A DNA stretch of 64,000 nucleotides from Octopus sinensis (taxonomy: Eukaryota). Positions 24,435-36,497 of this stretch are shown piece by piece (positions within the stretch are counted from its first letter, which is position 1; each line of letters opens with the position of its first letter). Under the pieces are notes generated by a model that ran no database searches, was not told the DNA's origin, and was given only the letters and a program-made list of their open reading frames with translations. The stretch lies in the NCBI RefSeq assembly GCF_006345805.1, contig NC_042997.1:156984001-157048000 (forward strand), in the 5' to 3' direction. The position numbers and the translations under genes are program-made.

Positions 24435-25235
24435 TATGAAGGGATACCCTAAAAAAACTGGAATACTGCAATATAATTTTATTTAATTTTTTATTGCCTT
24501 CAAAGTATTCTCCATTTGAAGAAATGCATTGGTCCCGATGAGTTTTCCACTGTTCAAAGCAGTCCTGAAACTCTTGCGAAGTGATGCCTTTTAACGCTTC
24601 TGTTTTTTGGGGTTTTTTTCACCTCTATCACATCTGCAAAACGTTTTCCTTTAAGGACTTTTTTTTCACTCAGGGCAACAGAAAAAAGTTGCAGGGAGCA
24701 AGATTGGGTGAATAGGAAGGGTGGTTTAGTGAGATCATAAGATTTTCAGCAAAAACTCTTTCACACTCAAGGCAGTGTGTGCAGGCACATTGTCATGATG
24801 AAACCACCACTTTCCACTTTGTCATAGGTCAAGGCGTTTTTGTCACACCATGTTTCACAAACACTTCAAAAGTGCCAAGTAAAATGTCTGGTTAATGGCT
24901 TGACCAGAAGGAACAAATTCTGTGTGGACAATTCCTTTTGCATAGATGAAACAAATCAGCATCGTTTTGACACTGGACTTCACTTGATGTGTTTTGGGGG
25001 AGTGTGATGACATTGAATGCTTCCTTTGAATTGATTGCTGCTTTGTTACCAGGTCATAGCTGTGGCACCAGCTTTCGTCACCAGTAATGACCTTTGGAAA
25101 AAGGTTCAGATCAACTTCCAACTGTTCTTTCAGTTCATGACATGCATTCAGTCGTGATGGCTTTTGATCTTCTGTGAGCAAATGAGGCACAAATTTTGCT
25201 GCAACTCTTTTCATTCACAGTTCCTCACTCAAAAA
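24435..25235 (-). mobile_element. Degenerate mariner (Tc1/mariner) transposase remnant
   Basis: ORF 24855-25214 gives AKFVPHLLTEDQK...KVITGDESWCHSYD...KTMLICF, i.e. mariner WVPHxL and TGDExW motifs; a TIR-like TA-TGAAGGG end lies near 24435. Confidence 0.88.
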
Positions 25236-25944
25236 TCATTATTGTTATAGAAAACTTGATGGAGTGAGTATCACATAACATATTCCCAGATATACATATT
25301 ATCCTTATGTAAGAATTAACACTTCCTTCTCCAAGCCTAGATTCGAAACCGAATCCAAGAATTCTCGGTCATCCAAACCACAACGATCAACAGACGCGAA
25401 AAAAGGTTTTCTTTGTCCTGTCAAAATTGCTTGATCATCTCCCATTGACCTGCGACCTCATCATGTCAAGCGAAGTTCAACTGGACAAGTGCTGACCTAT
25501 TTAGGTACAAACTCTGCTGCAGTATGTCTGTTTTTCTAGCTGCCACATTTTATTATAAATACGATAGTGAATCAAGAAAGCAGCATACAGACGGGAGCAG
25601 ACAGACGAGATAGATCTATCTACGACCCTAGTTTTAGGCAGATGACAGAGACAGAGAGAAATGTTTGAAGTGCCGATAGACTACTGTTTCGAATGAAACA
25701 TGCACACATGCACACACACAAACATATTCATTCCTAATATGTACTCTGTATTTCTAGCAACTCGTAGCAGTTGCCTACATTTTGTATGTAGTGTACCAAT
25801 AACTCATCAAACACTGTAAATAAATTCTTTTCAATCATGAATCGGTATACGTATTTGTTTACATACACACTTAACCACTACACTTATGAAAGATTAAGAG
25901 CATGCTAAGGTAGTGTTGTTGAGTGAACTAGTTCATATACAACT

Positions 25945-26150
25945 AGACTCACCTTACAGACAGCATCCCTGTACAAGGCTTGTACAGCTCTCACCAACCA
26001 CTAATCTACCTGTAGTTTCTGCATTGACTACCAGATAAGAGATTGGAGTACCCTGATAAAGGCTTTCTCCATGTCAACAAAAGCCAAGAACAGAGGTTTA
26101 TCTTTGGCTAGGAATTTCGCCTGCAGCTGACTTACCAGAATACAGCACCA
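25945..26150 (-). mobile_element. RTE reverse transcriptase fragment
   Basis: QLQAKFLAKDKPLFLAFVDMEKAFIRV...WLVRAVQALYRDAVCKV corresponds to the non-LTR RT FVDxEKAFD region. Confidence 0.8.
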
Positions 26151-26950
26151 GTGGTGACAGGCTTCTTTCAGTTTCTGTCTACAAAATCCACTCACAAGGC
26201 TTTGGAAGACACTTGCCCAAGGTGCCATGCAGTGGGAATGAACCTGGAACCATGTGGTTGGGAAGCAAGCTTCTTATCACACAGACTGTTCAAAATATTT
26301 TAAGAACTGAAGAATTTCAAGAGCAAAGGGTAATGATATATTTTGTTGAATAATAGTTTCAAATGAAATGAAGCGATCAAAACTTGAGCATGTATTTGAC
26401 AGATGTAAAGTGAAAGAAGCCTGTCATATACATATTTACACACAGACACACACATGGACCAAAAGCATTAAGCGGTGATGTGTACGAATATAAACTTGTT
26501 ACCGGTTCAAATATGCTTGAGACATTTGAACTGGTAATAAAGCTATTTATTGCATTTTGTCATGGAGAAAAAATTGTTGTTTTATATATATATATATATA
26601 TTCGAATGTGGCAGATGCCAGCGCTGCCTGACTGGCATTCGTGTCAGTGACACGTAAAAGCACCAACCGATCGTGGCCGTTTGCCAGCCTCCTCTGGCCC
26701 CTGTGCCGGTGGCACGTAAAAAACACCCACTACACTCAAGGAGTGGTTGGTGTTAGGAAGGGCATCCAGCTGTAGAAACACTGCCAAATCAGACTGGATC
26801 CTGGTGCAGCCTCCATGGCTTACCAGACCCCGGCTGAACCGTCCAACCCATGCTAGCATGGAAAACGGACGTTAAATGATGATGACGATGATGATATATG
26901 CATGTGTGTGTGTGCATGTATTTGTGTGTGCATATATGTTTGTATATACA

Positions 26951-27340
26951 TAGGCGCAGGAGTGGCTGTGTGGTAAGTAGCTTGTTTACCAACCACATGG
27001 TTCCGGGTTCAGTCCCACTGCGTGGCACCTTGGGTAAGTGTCTTCTACTATAGCCTCGGGTCGACCAAAGCCTTGTGAGTGGATTTGGTAGATGGAAACT
27101 GAAAAGAATCCCATCGTATATATGTATATATATGCGTGTGTGTGTTTGTGTTTGTCCCCTAGCATTGCTTGACAACCGATGCTGGTGTGTTTATGTCCCC
27201 GTTACTTAGCGGTTCAGCAAAAGAGACCGATAGAATAAGTACTGGGCTTACAAAAGAATAAGTCTCGGGGTCGAGTTGCTCGATTAAAGGCGGTGCTCCA
27301 GCATGGCCGCAGTCAAATGACTGAAACAAGTAAAAGAGAG
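26951..27340 (+). mobile_element. SINE family A
   Basis: Full-length copy: head GGCGCAGGAGTGGCTGTGTGG, B-box-like GGTTCAGTCCC, tail AAACAAGTAAAAGAG. Confidence 0.88.
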
Positions 27341-27635
27341 AGAGAGATACATGCACACACACATACATATATGTATACATTTATATGTTTGTGTACCATT
27401 GTGTTGACACCACACAATGGTTGTAAGTGTGTGCATTTTGCTTTTCAATATTCCATGAAAAACATGTCAGACCACAAGGAAATATCACCCTACTTGGAAA
27501 CAGGTAAGGGTTGGCAACAGGATGAACATCCGAGTGTAGAAAATCTACCTCAACAAATTCCTTCTGATCCATGCAGGCATGAAAAAGTGGACATTATAAA
27601 GATGATGATATTTTAGAAAAGTTTTGTGAACTTAC

Positions 27636-27784
27636 CTGTATTTAGGAAGCCATTGACTTATAGGAAATTTCTGTTTCAATGAAGATGTGGTGCAACATTT
27701 TGAGAAGTGCTTCTTTACAACATCTTTCCAGTGTGGTGTAACAGGAACTGGGGCCGGCAGGAGGCGGGTAAATTCTGTGCTCAT
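27636..27784 (-). CDS. SLC26A11: SLC26A11-like sodium-independent sulfate/anion transporter, first coding exon (MSTEFTRLLPAP...KQKFPISQWLPKY-R)
   Basis: ATG at 27784; ends AG|GTAAGT (donor 27630-27635); phase 2 joins the next exon to give KYRFSY; KFPISQWLPKY matches the conserved SLC26 N-terminal (K/R)xPIxxWLPxY motif. An upstream in-frame ATG at 27838 is an alternative start. Confidence 0.85.
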
Positions 27785-28149
27785 TTCCCACGGCTGTTCA
27801 ACATTGATGAGAAAAAGAGAAATATTGCCGTTAATCATTGTGATGCAATGTTAGGAATTTGGGCATCCAGTACCAAAGCAGATAGCAGAGCAAAGATTAT
27901 TATAAGATGCAGCTATTTGTTGCCAGTCAACTGACTGTGAAGAGCAGAGGTTCTCAATCAGGGATCAGGGTCCATATGACCTTTGGAGTTGGGGATCCAT
28001 ATTAGCATTTTTTTTGTTAAAATTTATGTGCAATAAATTATTTATACCTCTTCAATGCACCAAATATCTTAATTCTTTTTTTATTTTTTTAATGCAATTC
28101 CTAATAATATTTAATTCTAAAAATGTAATGAGATTTTCTTAAACATCAA

Positions 28150-28575
28150 GTGTGATCGTTACCAGCGTCACATTACTGGTACTCGAGCCCCGTGCTAGTA
28201 GGGTATTAAGAGCACCATCCAAGCGTGATCATTGCCAGAGCGGCTATCTGGCCTCCATGCCAGTGGCATGTAAAAGACATCATTTGAGCGTGATCATTAC
28301 CAGCATCGCCTTATTGGCACCTGTGCCAGTGGCATGTGCAAAAGATTCGAGCAAGGTCGTTGCTAGTACCGCCTGACTGGCCTTGTGCCGGTGGCACATA
28401 AAAGCACCCACTACACTCTCAGAGTGGTTGGCGTTAGGAAGGGCATCCAGCTGTAGAAACTCTGCTAGATCAAGATTGAAGCCTGGTGCAGCCATCTGGT
28501 TCACCAGCCCTTAGTCAAATCGTCCAACCCATGCTAGCATGGAAAGCGGACGTTAAATGATGATGATGATGATGA
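28150..28575 (+). mobile_element. RTE 3' UTR repeat with (GAT)n tail
   Basis: Several ~60 bp units followed by ...CATGGAAAGCGGACGTTAAATGATGATG; siblings at ~26615-26895 and ~50140-50455. Confidence 0.8.
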
Positions 28576-29603
28576 TCAAATGACTACGAGTGCCCTCTCT
28601 TCTCTGTTAGGAGCCACAAGCATTTTCACACATGTGTACACACACAGCATAAACTTCTGCCTAGCAAATTCAATGACAAGGCTTCAGTTGACCTGAGGTT
28701 ATAGCAGAAACACTTGTCCAAAGTGTCACACACGTGGTTGAGATGCAAACTTCCTACCCACACCATGCCTGTGCCTACAAAATGCATATACATCCGGGTA
28801 AAATAAGAATTAAAGGAGTTCAAGGGGTAAAAAAATGGTTCAGAGCCACTGGTGTAGAGCCTCAGTACAGTAGTTTGATTTGCTACAAATAGCAGCTAAT
28901 TCTCCCTCAACACCTCAATCTTTGAAAAAGCTAAATGGATACATTAAAAATAACTAAATAAATAAAAGACAGGATGATCTTAAATGGAATATCTCTGATT
29001 ATTATAAGTCATCTATTATAAGTGATCTTAAGTTTACACTCAAATTGGTGAGCTACAGGACTTTTTTGCTTGTGTGGGACTCAAAGAATATCATTGTGGC
29101 TCAAGTGGTGTCAGCATGACAACACACACAATGGGCCTTCATCTTTTTTTTTTGTCACAGAAAGCACTGGTCAACTTAAGGCAATTGTAGAAGATACTTG
29201 TCTAAAATAGCACCTAACTGTGTCACATGTGATTTAAGGGAGATTTGGCTACTGTTTCTAATAAATCAAGCAGCCACATAGATGATATTACATTCATCTG
29301 GGTGACTTACAGCAGGTCATTTCCTTATTATCGGTGGGAGCTAATGGTTGTGTGGTTAAGAAGTTTGTTTCAGAACTATGTAATCTTGGAGCAATCTCAG
29401 ATTATAACTAGCCGAAATTGCAAAGATAATCTGGAACTCAACTGAGGATAGAAAACTCCGAATGATCCGTTCTTGTTTTCCTTGTATCGTCTGTCTGGAT
29501 ATTTTGTTTTCCTTTTTTTGTTTCACTTAACTGTCTGGATGTTTTGCATTCTTGTCCCATTTTTGTATTTTATATATATACACATATGTATGTACGTGCA
29601 CAT

Positions 29604-29654
<51 letters not shown>

Positions 29655-29735
29655 ACAATTGCAGCGTGGAAGGTGTTTATAAGCCATTTAAGAAACACAC
29701 AAAAGCCGTTCGATTCACTCCAACATTTAAGTTTA

Positions 29736-29785
29736 ATTTGTCAAAATATTTTCGTCGCTAAAATCCGCGACCTGTTCACTGACAA
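29736..29785 (-). ncRNA. Hammerhead-like fold with non-canonical core in a probable PLE terminal fragment
   Basis: UUUGUCA-[GUGAACA]-G-GUCGC/GCGAC-GAAA-AUAU-U-UGACAAA: 7 bp stem I and 5 bp stem II, but the CUGANGA core is replaced. Confidence 0.4.
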
Positions 29786-29859
29786 AGTCCGTGCTGCAAT
29801 TGTTTTCGTTTCAGCACACAATCTCAGATCAAATTACTTGCTATGCGAGTACATCTCCG

Positions 29860-29897
<38 letters not shown>

Positions 29898-30242
29898 GTG
29901 TGTCTGTGTCTTTGTTTGTTCCTCACCACCACTTGACAACTGGTGTTGGTGTGTTTATGTCTCCATAACTTAGCAGTTCAGCAAAAGAGACTGCTAGAAT
30001 AAGTACCAAGCTAAAAAGTAAAAATAAGTACTGGAGTCGATTCATTTGACTAAAAATTCTACAAGGTGGTGCCCCAGCATGCCCACAATTTAACGACTGA
30101 AACAAGTAAAAGTTAAAAGATAAAGCATCTGTTTTCAATACTGGTATGGGTTGGATGGTTAGACTGGATCCAGTGGGCCAAAAGGCTGCATCATGCCCGA
30201 TGTCAGTTTGGCATGGTTTCTACTGTTGGATGCCCTTCCTAA

Positions 30243-30477
30243 TACCTATTTCTTTACTACCCACAAGGGGCTAAACACAGAAGAGACAAACAAGGACAGA
30301 CAGATGGATTAAGTTGATTATATCGACCCCACTGTGTAACTGGTACTTAATTTATCGACCCCGAAAGGATGAAAAGCAAAGTCAACCTCGGCTGAATTTG
30401 ATCGCAGAACGTAACGGCAGACGAAATACAGCTACGCATTTCGCCCGGTGTGCTAACGATTCTGCCAGCTCGCCACC
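30243..30477 (-). mobile_element. SINE family B
   Basis: Reverse of the 57839-58068 copy. Confidence 0.85.
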
Positions 30478-30879
30478 CTTCCTAATACCAATAACTTAAC
30501 AGTGTGGACTGGGTGCTGTTTTTCATGCCACCGGCACCAGTGGAGGTGTTATCATAAATAGGGTAAGTATTTGTGAGGATGGAGAGGTGATTTTATGTCA
30601 GAGACAAGCAGAGGTGTGTTGTTGTAGAGAAGATTTATGGCTGCTTTGCATTTATAGAAGGGTGGGTGCAAAAATTGCAAGATGGTATTGTTGGGGTGCC
30701 AGCACAAAACCTTCAATAAGCAAGAAATTATACGGACAGTTGATCAAGAGGTGGGGAAGAGGCAGTTATGAGTGTGTGAGGGGAGTGTACCAGATGGTTA
30801 GAGATGGGGTAAAATGAATGTAGTGAGTGATAAACAGGAATGGAGGTGCAGCTTGATAAAAAATATCAGTACTAGCAGA

Positions 30880-30961
30880 GGGTAAGAAGAGAGAGAGAGA
30901 GAAGGAGGAGAGAGAGGGGGAGAGAGAGAGAGAGAGGGGGAGAGAGACAAGGAGAGAGAGG

Positions 30962-31005
<44 letters not shown>

Positions 31006-31201
31006 AAAAGAGAGAGAGAGAGGGAGGGAGAGAGAGAAAGAGAGAGAAAAATAGAGAGACAGACAGACAGAAACAGTGAGACAGACTGAGGGAGAGAGAC
31101 AAGGAGAGGGGGGAGAGAGACAAGGAGAGAGAGGGGGAGAGAGAGAGGGAGGGAAAGAGAGAGAAAGTGAAAGAGAGAGAGAAATAGAGAGACAGACTGA
31201 A

Positions 31202-31243
<42 letters not shown>

Positions 31244-31245
31244 GT
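30880..31245. repeat. Compound GA-rich polypurine microsatellite
   Basis: (GA)n, (GGA) and (GACA) mosaic of ~365 bp with very few pyrimidines on the + strand. Confidence 0.95.
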
Positions 31246-31842
31246 GTCAGGGTGGGGGACCCGGATTTGTAATAGCTATCATTGTTATCATGTTGGTGGA
31301 CAAGTTTACCTTGTATGAATGTGTTACAGCTACAGTATCTCATTTCGTCATATGAGATAATGATAATAAACTAATTGAACTAAAATGACCCATATGTTGG
31401 TTATTAGAACACACACACACACACATACATACACATATACATGTTAGGTTACAAATAGAAAATAGAGGAGCCAAGTCATTAGGCAGAGTATAGTATATAT
31501 AATATATATGAGCATACACACGTGCACACACACAACACACACACACACATGCACACACACAGAGGCTTCCAACAAACCAATTACTGGTTCATTGCATTTA
31601 TGATGGAGAAAGTCATTAACTCTTTAACATTTAAACTGGCCATATCCAGCTCAAATATTCCACCTGTTTTATATTCAAACTGGCCAGATCGGGCATGTCA
31701 CACCTACCCTACGATGTCATTCTGAGAATAAGCAATCGCATCATTAAAATCTCAAAGCTACGAGATAATGCATGATTAATTCAAAACAATGAGAATAAAT
31801 AAGCATTACATTTGACAGAGTAATACAGAATGTTAAAGGGTT

Positions 31843-32044
31843 ACTCTTTTACTTGTTTCAGTCATTTGACTGCGGCCATGCTGGTGCACCGCCTTTAGTC
31901 GAGCAAATCGACCCCAGGTCTTATTCTTTGTAAGCCTAGTACTTATTCTATCAGTCTCTTTTGCCGAACTGCTATGTTACGGAGACGTAAACTCACAAGC
32001 ATTGGTTGTCAAGCGATGTTGGGGTGACAAACACAGACATACAA

Positions 32045-32075
<31 letters not shown>

Positions 32076-32240
32076 CGACAGGTGTCTTTCAGTTTCCGTC
32101 TACCAAATCCACTCACAAGGCTTTAGTCAGCCCGAGGCTATAGTAGAAGACAATTACCCAAGGTGCCACGCAGTAGGACTGAACCCGGAACCATGTGGTT
32201 GGTAAGCAGGCTACTTACCACACAGCCATTCCTACACCTA
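31843..32240 (-). mobile_element. SINE family A
   Basis: Near full-length reverse copy. Confidence 0.85.
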
Positions 32241-32298
32241 GGATTATCTGCACTTCTCAGGTAGAACAAGCATCACAAAAATTCTCATTTGAAAGCAT

Positions 32299-32596
32299 TT
32301 ACAAGGGTGGGCCAAAAAATCCATGGGCTGAATATGAAAGAGTGATGGTTAGAGCAACATAAAAAAACACTTGGTTGGGAAACAGTATTGCAGTGGTGAT
32401 GATGTCAAGTCTGTTGTTGATGACTTTTTTGACCAACAGGATGAAAGCTTCTTCACTAACAGGATCCAAGAACTGTAATACTGATGGAAGAAGTGTGTGG
32501 ACCTCAAAGGGGACTATGTTGAAAAATAGACCTCATTTGGTCATATTTGATGCAAGTAATCTTGGTTAGCCTTTGAACTTTTCAGCTGACACTTAT
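32299..32596 (+). mobile_element. Internally deleted mariner element (C-terminal transposase plus ends)
   Basis: KKHLVGKQY...DDVKSVVDDF...ESFF...WKKCVDLKGDYVEK* matches the mariner C-terminus; TA-flanked TIR-like ends. Confidence 0.7.
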
Positions 32597-32644
32597 AGTT
32601 TACCAGATTTCTTGACAATGTTTACATCTTTCCCCATAAACATT

Positions 32645-32676
<32 letters not shown>

Positions 32677-33127
32677 GTTTCTTTATTGGCCACACAGAGC
32701 TGCACACAGATGGGACAAGTTACAAGGTAGAGCTTTTCTTTTGGGGGATGAAGAAAACAAAAAAAAAAGGGGGGGGCGTAGGTTTTCAATCAAGAGGGAT
32801 CGTAAAAGGGAAGAAAAGAACAAAAAAAATTAATAAATAAAATAAAAAATAAAAAGAATAAAGAAAAAAAATAAGGAAAAGGAAAAGGAACAAGAGAAAA
32901 GAGAAATGAAAAAGAAGAAAAAAGGGGGAAAAAAAGGGGAAGAGGAAAAAAAAGAACGATCAATAGGAATCCTGTATCACAGTGTTATGATATATGGTGT
33001 AAAGGGGAAAGCAAGTAAGGTTTATCTGTGGGAAGAAAAGCCTACGAAAAAGACCACGGTAACCTTGGTCAATATTGTTATATGTTACCACATTTGTTTG
33101 CAAGTGGGTAACCCTCTGTTTTCAATT

Positions 33128-33175
<48 letters not shown>

Positions 33176-34229
33176 CAGACAGACAAACAGACAGATAGAT
33201 ACATGCATACATACAAACACACAAGCAAATACACATACACACACAGAGATTGTTTGGACAACCTGTCATATGTTGAAAGCATGATGGAAAATATCAAGTC
33301 CATTCTTTTCAGTGGTTTCTATTAGAGAAATTGATTAAGCATTTTTAAAAAAAAAAAGCCATTCCCAAAACGGAAGGAACAAATGGGACCAGCACAGGGC
33401 AGAAAGAAATCTTCAGTCTTGACAGTGACAACCATTTTAGTGCTTGTGCACATAAGAGTGCACCCAGTTCATGCTGTAGAGTAGTTGATAATGATTTCAG
33501 ATTCAGTCCCACAGTACAACACCTAGGGCAAGCCAATGTGTTTTTAGTGAATTTGGTAGACATAGACTGTATGGAAGCCATCCACATGTGTGTTTATATA
33601 TGTGTGTGAGTGTGTGTATTTGTGTGTGCGTCTCTCTCTCTGTCTTCATGTCTGTGCTAGTTGCACTCCTTTCCCACCACTACCTGACAATCAGTGCTGG
33701 TTAGTTTACATCCCCATAACTTAGCAGTTTGGTAATAGAGACTAATAAAATAAGTACCAGACTTAAAAAATAAGAACAGGCCAGGGAACAAATTGTTTGA
33801 CTAAAAACCCTTCGAGGCAGTACCCCCTAGAATGATCACAGTTCCATGACAGAAATAAGTAAAGATAAAAGATAAGATTCTACACCTAGAAAAACAAAAA
33901 AGAAACCTCACTGATCACACCTGAAATGCTTTTGATTACAGGTCTGTTCATTCAGGTAGTACAACAATGGCAACAGCTACAAATCACTGACTTTTGAATG
34001 GGCACTGTTTAATTCAAAGACATTCCATGTTTTCTCATGAATTTTGTATTATCAAAGTAAGAATAGTTTTTATTTCAGGTACATCAATGATGATGTTCTT
34101 GTTTTATTTTGAAAATGCTTATAATCTACTACATAATCCACTTAATGCTTCTTTAGTAAATGATTAAAGTTAGGGTGGCATACTAAAGAATCATAAAATC
34201 GTTAAAATACTCTAAATGTTTACACAGAC

Positions 34230-34260
<31 letters not shown>

Positions 34261-34465
34261 ATATATCTTTTACTCGTTTCAGTCATTTGACTGTGGCCAT
34301 GCTGGAGCACCGCTTTTAGTCGAGCAAATCGACCCCAGGACTTATTCTTTGTAAGCCTAGTACTTATTCTATCGGTCTCTTTTGCCGAACCGCTAACTTA
34401 CGGGATGTAAACACACCACCATCGGTTGTCAAGTGACAAACGCAGACACACAAACATATACACAC

Positions 34466-34554
<89 letters not shown>

Positions 34555-34655
34555 GTTAATCCAAACATGAAAACACAAAGAGAAAACACAACAACGCGAG
34601 GACGTGGAACAAATATAGTATTATTGGATGTTCAGGAAGGAAGGGAAGAAGGAGG

Positions 34656-34690
34656 GTTTTACGTTTCGAGTGGAGCTCTTCGTCAGAAAC
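34656..34690 (-). ncRNA. Minimal type-I hammerhead ribozyme motif (PLE-type), copy 1
   Basis: GUUU-CUGACGA-A-GAG(CUCCA)CUC-GAA-AC/GU-A|AAAC: 4 bp stem I, intact core, 3 bp stem II, palindromic loopless stem III, GUA cleavage triplet. Confidence 0.75.
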
Positions 34691-34939
34691 ATAGGAAAAG
34701 GAAAAGAGAAAAGAGAAATGAAAAAGAAGAAAAAAGGGGGAAAAAAAGGGGAAGAGGAAAAAAAAGAACGATCAATAGGAATCCTGTATCACAGTGTTAT
34801 GATATATGGTGTAAAGGGGAAAGCAAGTAAGGTTTATCTGTGGGAAGAAAAGCCTACGAAAAAGACCACGGTAACCTTGGTCAATATTGTTATATGTTAC
34901 CACATTTGTTTGCAAGTGGGTAACCCTCTGTTTTCAATT

Positions 34940-34983
<44 letters not shown>

Positions 34984-36284
34984 CAGACAGACAAACAGAC
35001 AGATAGATACATGCATACATACAAACACACAAGCAAATACACATACACACACAGAGATTGTTTGGACAACCTGTCATATGTTGAAAGCATGATGGAAAAT
35101 ATCAAGTCCATTCTTTTCAGTGGTTTCTATTAGAGAAATTGATTAAGCATTTTTAAAAAAAAAAAGCCATTCCCAAAACGGAAGGAACAAATGGGACCAG
35201 CACAGGGCAGAAAGAAATCTTCAGTCTTGACAGTGACAACCATTTTAGTGCTTGTGCACATAAGAGTGCACCCAGTTCATGCTGTAGAGTAGTTGATAAT
35301 GATTTCAGATTCAGTCCCACAGTACAACACCTAGGGCAAGCCAATGTGTTTTTAGTGAATTTGGTAGACATAGACTGTATGGAAGCCATCCACATGTGTG
35401 TTTATATATGTGTGTGAGTGTGTGTATTTGTGTGTGCGTCTCTCTCTCTGTCTTCATGTCTGTGCTAGTTGCACTCCTTTCCCACCACTACCTGACAATC
35501 AGTGCTGGTTAGTTTACATCCCCATAACTTAGCAGTTTGGTAATAGAGACTAATAAAATAAGTACCAGACTTAAAAAATAAGAACAGGCCAGGGAACAAA
35601 TTGTTTGACTAAAAACCCTTCGAGGCAGTACCCCCTAGAATGATCACAGTTCCATGACAGAAATAAGTAAAAGATAAAAGATAAGATTCTACACCTAGAA
35701 AAACAAAAAAGAAACCTCACTGATCACACCTGAAATGCTTTTGATTACAGGTCTGTTCATTCAGGTAGTACAACAATGGCAACAGCTACAAATCACTGAC
35801 TTTTGAATGGGCACTGTTTAAATTCAAAGACATTCCATGTTTTCTCATGAATTTTGTATTATCAAAGTAAGAATAGTTTTTATTTCAGGTACATCAATGA
35901 TGATGTTCTTGTTTTATTTTGAAAATGCTTATAATCTACTACATAATCCACTTAATGCTTCTTTAGTAAATGATTAAAGTTAGGGTGGCATACTAAAGAA
36001 TCATAAAATCGTTAAAATACTCTAAATGTTTACACAGACATATATATATATATTATATTATATATATATATATATCTTTTACTCGTTTCAGTCATTTGAC
36101 TGTGGCCATGCTGGAGCACCGCTTTTAGTCGAGCAAATCGACCCCAGGACTTATTCTTTGTAAGCCTAGTACTTATTCTATCGGTCTCTTTTGCCGAACC
36201 GCTAACTTACGGGATGTAAACACACCACCATCGGTTGTCAAGTGACAAACGCAGACACAAAACATATACACACACATACATACA

Positions 36285-36341
<57 letters not shown>

Positions 36342-36462
36342 TATATATGTATATATATATAGTTAATCCAAACATGAAAACACAAAGAGAAAACACAACA
36401 ACGCGAGGACGTGGAACAAATATAGTATTATTGGATGTTCAGGAAGGAAGGGAAGAAGGAGG

Positions 36463-36497
36463 GTTTTACGTTTCGAGTGGAGCTCTTCGTCAGAAAC
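36463..36497 (-). ncRNA. Minimal type-I hammerhead ribozyme motif (PLE-type), copy 2
   Basis: Identical to 34656-34690; lies in a PLE-like fragment (36362-36568) inserted into the TA tract of a family A SINE. Confidence 0.75.
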
